Source: a virus (taxonomy: Duplodnaviria; Caudoviricetes). From it: a stretch of DNA of 64,000 nucleotides. Below, piece by piece: positions 31,201-39,610 of the stretch (position 1 is its first letter; each line of letters starts with the position of its first letter). The stretch spans positions 32,001 through 96,000 of the IMG/VR virus record IMGVR_UViG_3300020049_016424; one strand, given 5' to 3'. The translations under genes were made by a program, and so were the position numbers. The notes below the pieces were generated by a model. It saw nothing but the letters and a program-made list of their open reading frames with translations. It did no database searches and was not told where the DNA came from.

Positions 31201-31233
31201 AACAACGCCTTCATCGGCGGCTACTCCTTCTGA
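28201..31233 (+). CDS. Tail spike/virion protein with right-handed beta-helix
   Basis: IYIRAGAY...LIGES followed by FENCSF/FVNCIF/FENCTF/FTDCVF repeats. Confidence 0.7.
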   Translation: MSLPQKTYVDYKQAGFGDLGTDDSASVQPILDGQPLNGANLSRGGENLRGRTEIARDLTEDLLYYRDHQQYVLGTAGTLAWGGTAALGGTGVVNNTATLTITPLATPFANRKGFLRIGTAASNALTYTVQATAYGSDGLNAVFVEHRNTGAVSPSCVITAGPVYRIVVLFDAGNSAHDAPTIAPLVQAQLAGVPALSGKVVCASNGSASNVIAAQAEIAISARTHPAGTAGNGTLDVEQHTLAAGALGTFTASNTLVEGAVVAIRYDYVVEPLGGDPDDPKAGAAGGRAESILGRGNTDVSANLFLLDAFPQFAPGAIPLCKVVNNVLRWIDGTSIEVGTSVAPGSALGTTISAAGFAGPPTLVVGGGLLTTDTTPNAALLTTNTRLGQLRRETWTVTDGTNSTGGHYTSVTGVTSASASAAANGGEIYIRAGAYTTLAAGGPYGCTLIGESQNRVAFTLPASATVGGSNWELHNASVDRGADYLLVLGLRRMSNVTVSAGTLRVAGTLTASELTACTVSTSGTASTQTYGVSFSVPRVTARDCAFNGPAAGTVGGSVVQLEDNVQHALFENCSFASVGSATPVSLVNSGVAFTSPRVIKFVNCIFTNTAAAYTFDIGATTSTVPVSILFENCTFTNSTNGQIIRTAQAALVRVAFTDCVFRQNNTSTADVTRVRATPIAGGETVFTRCRTYVAQTTSTGSPANAIIELGGTGGTGAAGRVSAYGFDVVYEGTASALMAGDNVRLYQSTTATVENYFTDVDVNCGGLTITATGGHIVRSTSTGSLAPLAMGRLQVHNTPAAGTGGVVRLEYTHLGRLDIQASNTASQYTTSAIQVDNSRVLSGAVPFLRSSQGIGGFLSITGSPTARGYVSNLHVNGTPSTAAVTYSVFLSQATMANCDLSTSNTTSPSVIEIQVNSVLSANTLRYQHTGATVIQLTTGSAMGCRIVDNQILFNNATGTAAISVTSEATFTGGVVVGNTVANANATVPSLAAPPATSVVANNAFIGGYSF

Positions 31234-31239
31234 GGTCCC

Positions 31240-31635
31240 ATGTCCTGGATCCGCGTCAAAGCCTGGCTCAAGCACTGGTGGAAGGCCCTCGCCGGCGCGG
31301 GTACCGCGCTCGCGGGCATCGCGCTCTTCCTCGTGCTGCGGCCGCGCACGCGGCCTCCGACATACAACGACCCGCTCGAGCTCAAGCAGAAAGAGCTCCG
31401 GGAAGCTGAAGCGCTCGGCGCCGCGAAGGCCGAGGTCGAGCGCATCTCCGCCGAGATCGAGGAGATCGAAGCGCGGCGCACGGCCATCACCGATCGACAG
31501 GTTGGCCGGATTCAAAAGATCGACGCCGCGGAGAGCCTCGACGATCTCGCGAGGTTGCGCGACGAACAGAACGCCGCGCTTCGCGAGGCACAGAACGATG
31601 TGCCGCACGCGACATCGAAGAAAGAAGGCCCATGA
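31240..31635 (+). CDS. Membrane-anchored coiled-coil protein (i-spanin-like)
   Basis: N-terminal TM segment then coiled coil; coupled to the next membrane protein. Confidence 0.5.
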   Translation: MSWIRVKAWLKHWWKALAGAGTALAGIALFLVLRPRTRPPTYNDPLELKQKELREAEALGAAKAEVERISAEIEEIEARRTAITDRQVGRIQKIDAAESLDDLARLRDEQNAALREAQNDVPHATSKKEGP

Positions 31636-32186
31636 TGCGCCGTCTCCTTCTCTCCTTCCGCGCGCTGCGCTCCTTCCGCGCGCTGCGCTCCTTCCGCGCG
31701 CTGCTCTCCTTCCGCGCGCTGCTCTCCTTCCGCGCTCTTCCCGCGCTCCTGCTGTCCTGTTTGCTCGCCTGCCTGCTCCTCTTCCCGTGCATCGCCGGCG
31801 CGCAGGACCTGTCGTTTCCGACGTGGACGACCTGCGCGCCTGACACCGCGTGCTTCACGACGGCGCAGACCCGGCAGCTCGTGCGCATCCATGCAGAAGC
31901 CCTTCGAAGCACTGAGATCCAGGCGCTGTACGACGAGCTCCGGACGCAGCACGCTGCCTTCGAGGCCGCGCAGCTCGAGGTCCAGCACCGGCTCGAGAAC
32001 CTGCTCGAGGTCTCGCGCCAGAGCTACTCTCTGCTCTCCCAGGAGCTCTCCGAGTCCCGAGCTGCGTACGCGCGCCTCGAGCGGCAGTTCCACCGGCGGC
32101 GCTGGGTGCCGTGGCTCACCCTCTCCCTCGGCGCCGTTGTCGGCTCCGTCACCACGTGGGCTGTGAACGAAAGGATCGCTCGATGA
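31632..32186 (+). CDS. Secreted/membrane coiled-coil protein (spanin-like candidate)
   Basis: Signal-like N-terminus, coiled coil, C-terminal TM segment. Confidence 0.5.
   Translation: MMRRLLLSFRALRSFRALRSFRALLSFRALLSFRALPALLLSCLLACLLLFPCIAGAQDLSFPTWTTCAPDTACFTTAQTRQLVRIHAEALRSTEIQALYDELRTQHAAFEAAQLEVQHRLENLLEVSRQSYSLLSQELSESRAAYARLERQFHRRRWVPWLTLSLGAVVGSVTTWAVNERIAR
31652..31738 (+). repeat. 18-bp tandem repeat, about 5 copies
   Basis: CTCCTTCCGCGCGCTGC(G/T) encoding SFRAL(R/L). Confidence 0.85.
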
Positions 32187-32614
32187 GTCTGCACCGAGAC
32201 CGTGGGGTGCGCGCCGCCCTCGCCATGTTCAAGCTCGCGGCGCTGCCTCCGGGCATGAGCCCCGCTGCATTCAAAGCGGCGCTCCGGGGCGGGCAAGGCG
32301 TCGCTCAAGAGGCCGCGGGCGCCATCGCCCACAACCCGTTCAAGCCGCTGCCGAAGGGCGCCGTACCTGTCGCAGGCAAGGTCGACCGCAGCGCCTTCGA
32401 ACGGGGCTTCGCCCGCACCCCGCCCCCTGGCGCGGACCCCGCGGCGTTCACCGCCGGACAGTTCGAATGGCTCGGTAAGGGCCAGCTACCGCCGCAAGCG
32501 GTCGCCACAGGCGCACTGAAGGGCGGCGCTCCTGTCGCAGCACAGACCGCCGCAGAGCTCCCCATGTCTCCGGTGGCGCAGCGGCTCCAGGCGCTCCGGC
32601 CTACTCGGGCCTGA
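32183..32614 (+). CDS. Hypothetical Ala/Pro-rich protein
   Basis: ATGA-coupled; GVRAALAMFKLAA. Confidence 0.55.
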   Translation: MSLHRDRGVRAALAMFKLAALPPGMSPAAFKAALRGGQGVAQEAAGAIAHNPFKPLPKGAVPVAGKVDRSAFERGFARTPPPGADPAAFTAGQFEWLGKGQLPPQAVATGALKGGAPVAAQTAAELPMSPVAQRLQALRPTRA

Positions 32615-32644
32615 AGCCGGGCGCGGGGCTTCGCCCAGAACGAG

Positions 32645-32670
32645 AAAAGGCCGCTGCGAAGCGGCCTTCG
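32645..32670. terminator. Hairpin terminator between convergent genes
   Basis: AAGGCCGCT-GCGA-AGCGGCCTT. Confidence 0.7.
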
Positions 32671-32692
32671 TCGTTCATGCGCACCGCGAGCG

Positions 32693-33067
32693 TCAGTGCA
32701 GCTTCTTGTTCTTCGCCGGGGGCTTCTTGGCTGCCTTCTTGGGGGCCTTCTTGGTGGCCTTCTTCGGCGCTGCTGCCTTCTTCTTGGGCGCCTTCTTGGG
32801 CGCCGTCTTCGCCGGCTTCTTCGTGGCCTTCTTCGGAGCCGCCTTCTTCTTCGGCGCCTTCTTCGCGGGCTTCTTGGGCGCCTTCTTGGCTGGAGCCGCC
32901 GGCCGCGACTCAGGGATCGCGCTCACAGGCTCGGCCGCCTGCGCCGCGGGCGCCTTCCAGAAGGACTCCTCTTCGTCGTCGAAGTAGTCGTCGGCGACCG
33001 AGCGCTGCCGCGGGAAAACCGAGGCGCTCTCGAGGGGCTTGGGAGTGGGTGCAGTCGTCGGGGTCAT
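32693..33067 (-). CDS. Histone H1-like basic DNA-binding protein
   Basis: Repeated PAKKAPKK/KKAAPKK after an acidic patch. Confidence 0.7.
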   Translation of the reverse strand: MTPTTAPTPKPLESASVFPRQRSVADDYFDDEEESFWKAPAAQAAEPVSAIPESRPAAPAKKAPKKPAKKAPKKKAAPKKATKKPAKTAPKKAPKKKAAAPKKATKKAPKKAAKKPPAKNKKLH

Positions 33068-33077
33068 GGGATTCTCA

Positions 33078-33638
33078 TCAGATGGAGTGTTTGTTTCGTA
33101 GTGCCGCTCGGCGTACCGTTTTCTTTTCGCCGAGCGTGGACTTCCGGATGGTAGCAAGGACCTCGAGCTGCGGTCTAGTGCAGTCCGCCGGATTCGCGAA
33201 GGCATACGCCACCTGTGCGAGAGCGAACGCGTCCGCGAGGTTATCATCGGTGGTGTCGAAGCCCCAGCGGCTGCGCACGGCCTGGCACATGTCGCCCTTC
33301 TCGGCGCGTGCGTCGCTCGCAGCGAACTTCTTCAGCGCAGAGGGCGCGCACTCGATGTAGGTCTGAGATCTCACGTACATGGCCACGGTGGCGAGGCCTC
33401 CGACTTCGCCGAGCAGGAACGCACGGTGCGTGCTTCCGTGCGAGTAGGCCTCTCGAGCGGAAACGCAGAATCGCCCGTTGCCCAAGATAGTTTCGAGCGT
33501 ATTCCGGATGAAGAGAAGGCGCGCAGGGCCTGTGCACGCAGCCTCCGGAATCACTGTCCGGCACCACGCGAGGCTCCCCGAAGGATGCAGAACAACGACC
33601 CCTGTGTGATTTGCTGAGGTGTCGACGCCGAGAAACAT
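33078..33638 (-). CDS. ruvC: RuvC-like Holliday junction resolvase
   Basis: FLGVDTS, AREAY, LGEVGG, PSALKKFA, DDNLADAFALA. Confidence 0.8.
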   Translation of the reverse strand: MFLGVDTSANHTGVVVLHPSGSLAWCRTVIPEAACTGPARLLFIRNTLETILGNGRFCVSAREAYSHGSTHRAFLLGEVGGLATVAMYVRSQTYIECAPSALKKFAASDARAEKGDMCQAVRSRWGFDTTDDNLADAFALAQVAYAFANPADCTRPQLEVLATIRKSTLGEKKTVRRAALRNKHSI

Positions 33639-33706
33639 CGTGTCTCCTTGTAAAAACGGTTCGTCCATTCTATCTTGAATACTCCTCCCTCGACAAGGAC
33701 ACGATC

Positions 33707-34165
33707 ATGGGCATCAAAACGGTTCTGTGCTGCGACGGCTGCAATCGGGAAATCGCCGCCGCAGCCGGTGACGGCGACCTCGCCACGGTGAACTTGCCGT
33801 GGTTCCACTTCACGTATGTCGACCCCCAGAGTCTCTCGGCGCACGCATACCGAACGGCGACCATCGAGCCCCTCTTGGTGTGCGGGGAGTGCGCGGGCAC
33901 TTCCGCCCTCGACGCGTTCCGCAAGGCCGCAGCGGCGGCAGAAGCGCAGCGGCGCGGGATGCCGCTGCTCGGATCGCCGGTCGGAGGACTGACACAAGCT
34001 GCCCGCGGCGTCCTGGGGAATCCGGGCGCGTATCTGGGCTACCCGGGACTCCCCGCTTCGGGGACTGGGGTGCCCGCCACGAACGTAGGCGCTATCAGCA
34101 CCCCCGCACCGGGCAACGTCTTGGTGTACAAGACCGCAACCTCAGACAGCAGCGGGAACCCCTGA
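33707..34165 (+). CDS. Zinc-binding hypothetical protein
   Basis: CDGC...CGEC; AAGGA RBS. Confidence 0.55.
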   Translation: MGIKTVLCCDGCNREIAAAAGDGDLATVNLPWFHFTYVDPQSLSAHAYRTATIEPLLVCGECAGTSALDAFRKAAAAAEAQRRGMPLLGSPVGGLTQAARGVLGNPGAYLGYPGLPASGTGVPATNVGAISTPAPGNVLVYKTATSDSSGNP

Positions 34166-34250
34166 GTCCCGCGGCGCGCCTGAGCCCTGCGGCGCTCCTG
34201 AGTCCATCCGGTCCTCGCACTGAGCAGCCATCCCCGGTATCATCTGCCCC

Positions 34251-34922
34251 ATGACGGCGTCCTACGTATCGGTCCGCTTCGAGAAGACCGACCTGAGTGC
34301 CACGATCGGCAAACAGCGGTGCATCGTGCGCACTCGGAACGACGGACCGATCCCGCCGCTCCCGAGCCTCGGGTACTACCCGACCGCCCCGAACGAGCTC
34401 ATGGCGCCGCTCGTCTGCGAGTACATCGACGACGTACTTGGGGAGCGGATGTCGCGCGTCGCGACGCTCGCAGACCTCACGGGACTCCCGATCTCGACCC
34501 TCACACTCTTCGAGGATCTCACCGTCGATTTCGTGGCCGCAGGCGTAGCCCCTGGAGACGTGCTCGAAGTGGTCTCAGTCGTCTCGAGCGAGTGGAGCTC
34601 CGAAGAGTACCCGGGCACTTCGTTCCAGTTCGCGGTCGCAGGCGTTCTCTCTCCGACCCAGCTATCCGTCTCCAAGGCCTTCCCGAGCTTCAAGGCGAAC
34701 ATGTCCTGGGAGATCGCAGCGATCGGCCTTGCGGGCAACGGCGGCGTCACACGCCGCGCAGGCGCTCCCGCGACGTTCCTCGAGACCCGCTTCAACGCGC
34801 TCTTCAACAGCGTGCCCGAGCTCGACGCTTTCGTCGAAGCCACGAAAGCAGGTCTCGACGCGCTCGGGACCACCTCCACCAGCTCGACCCTCACGTCCGA
34901 GAACTATACCTCCCAGGTCTGA
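34251..34922 (+). CDS. Hypothetical (likely virion) protein
   Basis: TATCAT box 7 nt upstream; GC3 bias. Confidence 0.65.
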   Translation: MTASYVSVRFEKTDLSATIGKQRCIVRTRNDGPIPPLPSLGYYPTAPNELMAPLVCEYIDDVLGERMSRVATLADLTGLPISTLTLFEDLTVDFVAAGVAPGDVLEVVSVVSSEWSSEEYPGTSFQFAVAGVLSPTQLSVSKAFPSFKANMSWEIAAIGLAGNGGVTRRAGAPATFLETRFNALFNSVPELDAFVEATKAGLDALGTTSTSSTLTSENYTSQV

Positions 34923-34958
34923 CGCCCCCGCCCCCTCCTCTTCCCCCTGAGCTCCACC

Positions 34959-35327
34959 ATGGCCGTCTCCATCACCTACGAAGTCACGTCCACGGCGCCC
35001 GGCCCCGGGACGTACTGCGTCGAGTTCCGTGTGCAGGCGGCTGTGGACATCGATCCTGCGATCTTCGTATTCGACACGGAGTACGGCGCCTTCACGGGCG
35101 TTGCGACGCCGTATGACCTGCAGACGTGGCCGGTCGGGCAGGCTGCGGCGCAAGTCGCGCAGGTCGCCTACTTTCGGTCCACGGGGGTTCTCCGGAACCT
35201 GCCCACGGTCGACAAGGCGCAGTACTTCGAGTCGTACACACAGAGCCGGATCTTGCGACTGCAGACGAACTGGCAGGGCGTCGTCGACGGCTTCGTCGGC
35301 ACCGAGACGGTCACCGTCCCCGAGTAA
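34959..35327 (+). CDS. Hypothetical protein
   Basis: IFVFD...FTGVATPYDL resembles the N-terminus of the next ORF (IFLFE...FTRVVTPADF). Confidence 0.65.
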   Translation: MAVSITYEVTSTAPGPGTYCVEFRVQAAVDIDPAIFVFDTEYGAFTGVATPYDLQTWPVGQAAAQVAQVAYFRSTGVLRNLPTVDKAQYFESYTQSRILRLQTNWQGVVDGFVGTETVTVPE

Positions 35328-35351
35328 CCCCTTCTCTGAAAGAAGACCCCG

Positions 35352-36344
35352 ATGGCTGGCACGCAGGTACGTCAGATCCGAGAACCCGTGTCGACCGACA
35401 CCGGGACGCAGTATCAGGTCACCGCGCAGGCTATCGTCGCCGGCACGCTGCCGGACGTCTTCATCTTCCTCTTCGAAGTCATCCAGGACGAAGACCCGAA
35501 GAGCGACGCCTTCACGCGTGTCGTGACGCCGGCGGACTTCGACGACTACGGCACCGACCGCGACGCGTCGATCACAGCGAACACGCGCTTCTACCGCGCC
35601 GCGCAAGTCGTGCTCCTCTACGACGGCATCACCGACGCGAACAGTGCGTATCTCGAGCTCACGAGCCGGATCTCAGACCTCGTCACGGGCTACGACGCCT
35701 ACATCGACTCGTTCGTGACCCTGCCTGCGGGCGAGGTCGTCACCTACCCGACGGCGGATGAGAGCGAAAAGGCCGCGCTGATCGCGCAGTACGAAGCCGC
35801 AGCGGCTGCTGTGACCGTCGCAGAAGAAGTGCGCGACGAAGAGGTCGCGAGCTGCGACGTGCACAAGGCCGAGTACGCCTCGTTGCAGGAGCGCCTGGTC
35901 GAGGCGCAGTCCGACTACACGAACATGCAGAACGTCGTGAACGTCGTCACCGCGGTGCCCGCGGTCTACGCGGCCAACTCGGCGCTCGCGAACAACGCGG
36001 TGACTGCCACCGCGAGCACTGTGGCGTCATCCTCCGCGTCTGCCGCAGACAAAACCGCCGTCGCCAGCTATTCGAACAATGCCTTCGCCGCCCTGAGTGC
36101 GATCGATCGCGCCAACGCAGATTTCGCCACCGGCGTCACCGGTCCGGTCCTCGTACTCGTCGGCACGCTGCAGCTTCGTGTGAACACGCTCTCGAGCGAG
36201 GTGCTCGCGATGCAGCAGACGGTGAACGACTGCCAGCTCGAGCTCGCGACCATGCAGGGTGCGGTCGACGCTGCGCGGGCAACTCGCGACGCTGCGCTCG
36301 CAGCTGTCCGCGCCGTGTGCCCTGACTACGTTCCGGGGGCGTGA
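35352..36344 (+). CDS. Hypothetical coiled-coil protein
   Basis: GC3-biased ORF with Ala-rich helical C-terminal half. Confidence 0.65.
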   Translation: MAGTQVRQIREPVSTDTGTQYQVTAQAIVAGTLPDVFIFLFEVIQDEDPKSDAFTRVVTPADFDDYGTDRDASITANTRFYRAAQVVLLYDGITDANSAYLELTSRISDLVTGYDAYIDSFVTLPAGEVVTYPTADESEKAALIAQYEAAAAAVTVAEEVRDEEVASCDVHKAEYASLQERLVEAQSDYTNMQNVVNVVTAVPAVYAANSALANNAVTATASTVASSSASAADKTAVASYSNNAFAALSAIDRANADFATGVTGPVLVLVGTLQLRVNTLSSEVLAMQQTVNDCQLELATMQGAVDAARATRDAALAAVRAVCPDYVPGA

Positions 36345-36364
36345 CTCGAGGACCTCAGACCTAA

Positions 36365-36392
36365 AGAAAACCCTTTGCAGGGAGGGTTTTCT
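36365..36392. terminator. Bidirectional intrinsic terminator
   Basis: AGAAAACCCT-8 nt-AGGGTTTTCT between convergent ORFs. Confidence 0.75.
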
Positions 36393-36396
36393 GTCT

Positions 36397-37944
36397 CTAT
36401 TTGAGACTAGGCTCTTGGGCTTGAAGAACCTTGAGATAGTGCGGCACACGCGCACTGCGCGGCGGTAGTGGCGGAAGCACCTGGTGCGGCAGGCTTAGGT
36501 AGGCGCTCCCAACGTGAGTTCCGTGTACCCACTCGAGGTACTCGACTGCCGTAGTAGCCGCCGTGAATACTTTGTGCTCTGAGTAGCTGTCCTCGTACGT
36601 GACGTAGGCGTAGCGCGGCGTGAGACTGTAGCCTTCGCTCAGGGAGTAGCAGAGCCGCGCGTACCGTAGTTTGCGCTCGTGTCCCCATCCCGAACGTCCT
36701 CCGATGAGGCGCTGCGCCGTCACCGCATACGCTCGCTCGAGCCAGGCGGGGCGCGGCGCAGGGAGCGGAGCGCGTAGCCGCTCGGAGAAATCGTCGTCGC
36801 ACACGGCCTCTCGGAAGTCCTCGAACGAATAGAACACCTCGGCCTCTTGCAAGTCTCCTGCAGCTCGCCAGCAGTGGTACCCCACCAGAGAGCGCCCCCC
36901 CGACGGCATGAACTGTCCGAGTACGTAGCGCCGTGCGCGGCCGGTGCCTGGGTCACGCAGCCGCACCTCGGCACCTGCCAGCCACCGGAGCTGCCACACC
37001 TGCTCCTCCGTGAAGCCTCCTTGCGCGATCGCAACGCCGGCGGGGTCCTTCCACGCCAGCGCGCCCAAGAAGTCCTCAGCGTGGTCGGCCGTCTTCGGAG
37101 CTGCGCAGGTCGCACGCGCATGGGGAGCCTCACAGGAAAACACGCAGGTGGGGCACCAGTGAGTCTTCACGCGGCGCGCCGTGACGCCGAGCTGCGCCGT
37201 CTGCCGTGCGGTCCCCCGGGTGTGTGTGAGCTCCTCGTCGTCTGCAGCGTCCTTGAGCGGATAGGCCCCGTAGGCAGGCGCGAACGGGTCGGCGAAGGCG
37301 AGCCGCGGAGACACGTGAGGCACCCCCTGAACCGTTCTTGTGTGCGGCAGCGCTTTGTCGTACATCGCGCGGTACCAAGATCTCTCCGCCTGCAACGCCT
37401 CCCACCGTGCAACAACATCGGAGGCACTCTGAGGCCCCGAAATGACACGAGACATCGGCAGATGGCGTTGTTCACACTCGGATAGCTTCGCGCTCGCCAG
37501 ACGATTCACAGAAGGACGCACTGAAAGCGAGCACGGCTGCGACAGATACGCAGAGTTCGCAGGGCAGAGCCCAACGGTGAGCTCCGCACACACCGCAGAC
37601 GCCAGGGGATAGTCGAGGCAGACCACCGTTTCTTGTTCGGTGTGCATGTCTGCGACCATGTAGAGCTTGAGCCAGAGACTTTCCCGAAGAAGCCGAGGCT
37701 CCCACGTCATAGCCCATGCAACGCTCTTGCCCCGCTGCACGGACCCGTACATGAGCATCAGCGAACACGGGGGGTCATCGAAGTAAGCGCGGAAGAAATC
37801 CAAGGCACCCGCCACGGTCGTCGTGACGCTTGTGTCGACGTACACAAGCGCAGGAAGGCGCCCCCAAGAGAGGTTGAGTTTGTGCTCGTACCTGCCTCCG
37901 CCCCTAGAGGTGGTATGAAACTGTGAGGATGTGTAGTATCGCAT
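36397..37944 (-). CDS. Hypothetical protein with Cys cluster (start uncertain)
   Basis: Long ORF; HWCPTCVFSC...C; probable start MRYYTS. Confidence 0.55.
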   Translation of the reverse strand: MRYYTSSQFHTTSRGGGRYEHKLNLSWGRLPALVYVDTSVTTTVAGALDFFRAYFDDPPCSLMLMYGSVQRGKSVAWAMTWEPRLLRESLWLKLYMVADMHTEQETVVCLDYPLASAVCAELTVGLCPANSAYLSQPCSLSVRPSVNRLASAKLSECEQRHLPMSRVISGPQSASDVVARWEALQAERSWYRAMYDKALPHTRTVQGVPHVSPRLAFADPFAPAYGAYPLKDAADDEELTHTRGTARQTAQLGVTARRVKTHWCPTCVFSCEAPHARATCAAPKTADHAEDFLGALAWKDPAGVAIAQGGFTEEQVWQLRWLAGAEVRLRDPGTGRARRYVLGQFMPSGGRSLVGYHCWRAAGDLQEAEVFYSFEDFREAVCDDDFSERLRAPLPAPRPAWLERAYAVTAQRLIGGRSGWGHERKLRYARLCYSLSEGYSLTPRYAYVTYEDSYSEHKVFTAATTAVEYLEWVHGTHVGSAYLSLPHQVLPPLPPRSARVPHYLKVLQAQEPSLK

Positions 37945-37989
37945 ATGACCTTTTGGGGGTTCGCGCAGAGCCGCAGCGGAGGCTGCGAG

Positions 37990-38560
37990 CTCGTGCAGAA
38001 AACTGGTTGGTTTGGTTGAGGCAGCCTCGGCGAGACTGGTAAACCGGAGAATCGCGCGAAGTAGACCACGACCTCGTAAAAGAAAAGCAAGACACGTAGC
38101 GCTAACCAGATTACCGAGAGCTTCCCGCAAGGTCTCCAAGCCCGTGAACCCGTACCAAACCCGTTGGTTAGCCAAAAGCCCTGGTTAGGCCCTCGGTAAT
38201 CGCGTTTTCCCCTTGAAAACAAGGCGATTCTCCGAGGCTAACCGGACTTACCGAATTTCACCGAACACAGGGGTGTATAGGAGCAGGGGGGAGAGAATGG
38301 GAGAGTGGGAGGAGGGGATGTAGGTGGAGTATCCTACCTGTGAGAAAAAGTAAGGGTGTATAGGAGAGAGGGGACAGGGGGAGTACAGGGGTGTGGGAGG
38401 AGTAGTGGGGGTTGCGTGTGAAGGTGTTTGGTTAGACCGGTTGAGTGGTTATATATATGAGTGTTTCTCTGAAAACACACATATATATAGGGGCCTTTTC
38501 GGTCGGAAGCGCTTACCAAATCCCTAACCAGACCCCTAACCAAACTCCTCCCGCAACCAC
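37990..38560. other. Non-coding iteron/hairpin region (candidate replication origin or RT-associated ncRNA locus)
   Basis: Repeated CTAACC/TTACC motifs in both orientations, G-rich purine tract 38270-38420, AT-rich inverted repeat 38450-38489. Confidence 0.5.
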
Positions 38561-38671
38561 TTCGGTTGTCGGAGCTTTCGAGCCGCCCTGGCTGCGGCAG
38601 CCCACACTCCTGCCAGTGGGGTTCCAGGGGCGATTCGGGCGCCCTGCAGCCCCCAGGCGCCTCGGGGCGTC

Positions 38672-39610
38672 TCAGACGCTCCCGAGCTGCGCCCGGAGCC
38701 GTGCAGCCCGTCCTGGCGCCGTCTGGGCCAGCCAGGCGATGCGCCCGAGCAGGTGCTCCCGGAACGCCTCGGCGCTGGCGTACCCCTGCAGGCGCCCCAA
38801 GGCCTCGAGCTGCCCGGGTGCGGCGCAGGAGTGCACGATCGCGCGCAGGGCCCTGTAGTCCCGGCGAGGGACGTTGGGGTGGGCGTTGACCGTGAGCCCG
38901 AGCACCCGCTGCGCTTCGCCCCGGCCGGCGACGCGGACCTTGTCGTAGTTGACCCGGTAGCCGCTCTGGCGGACCGCTGCGAAGACCTCCTCGAACACGT
39001 CCGAGAGCGCCGCCTTGGGCAGGCGGGCCGCGCGGCTGAGCACGAGGTCGTCGGCGTAGCGGGAGTACGTCAGGCCGTGCTTGTGGGCGACGGCGCGCAT
39101 CTGCGGGTCGAGCCGCAGCCCCGCGACGAGGTTCGTCACCGCTCCGCTCGTGGGAGCCCCCTGCGGGACACGCCAGGTGCGGGCACCCTGCATGGGCACG
39201 GTGACGAGGCTTGCGAGGAGCTCGGCGAGGTCTCGCGGGACCCTGAAGGTCGCCTCGAGCGCGTCCCGCACCCAGGCCCTGCGGGTGCTTCCGAAGAAGT
39301 CCTGCAGGTCCACGGTGAAGAGCACGGCGGGGCGAGCATGCGCGGCCACGGTGGTGAGTAGCGAACGCCCCGGGACGTACGCGGCGACTTCCGGACCGAA
39401 GGGCGCGCCGTGGAGCATGCGCCGGAGCAAGCGCCGCTGCACCGTAGCGAGCGCGGGCTCGGGGATGTGCAGGACGCGTATCTTCCCGGATTTCTTACGT
39501 ATTTCGTGGCGACGATAGCTCGCAGCTCCGCGCATTGCGTAGTACGAGATCGTGGAGGACGCGATCTGAAGTTGCGCAGCGAGCGTTTCAAGATCGGCAG
39601 GGTGGAGCAT
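38672..39610 (-). CDS. Reverse transcriptase, retron-like
   Basis: IRKKSGKIRVLHIP, AYVPGRS, VAAH, DLQDFFGS, PQGAPTSG, YSRYADDL, VNYDKV, VLGLTVN; ATG overlaps upstream TGA. Confidence 0.92.
   Translation of the reverse strand: MLHPADLETLAAQLQIASSTISYYAMRGAASYRRHEIRKKSGKIRVLHIPEPALATVQRRLLRRMLHGAPFGPEVAAYVPGRSLLTTVAAHARPAVLFTVDLQDFFGSTRRAWVRDALEATFRVPRDLAELLASLVTVPMQGARTWRVPQGAPTSGAVTNLVAGLRLDPQMRAVAHKHGLTYSRYADDLVLSRAARLPKAALSDVFEEVFAAVRQSGYRVNYDKVRVAGRGEAQRVLGLTVNAHPNVPRRDYRALRAIVHSCAAPGQLEALGRLQGYASAEAFREHLLGRIAWLAQTAPGRAARLRAQLGSV

Noticed and set aside
38672-39610. RT as a DGR or group II intron RT
   Set aside because: No TR/VR pair or avd seen by eye, no maturase or endonuclease domain, and the motifs look retron-like. 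A computational TR/VR search would be needed to exclude a DGR fully.
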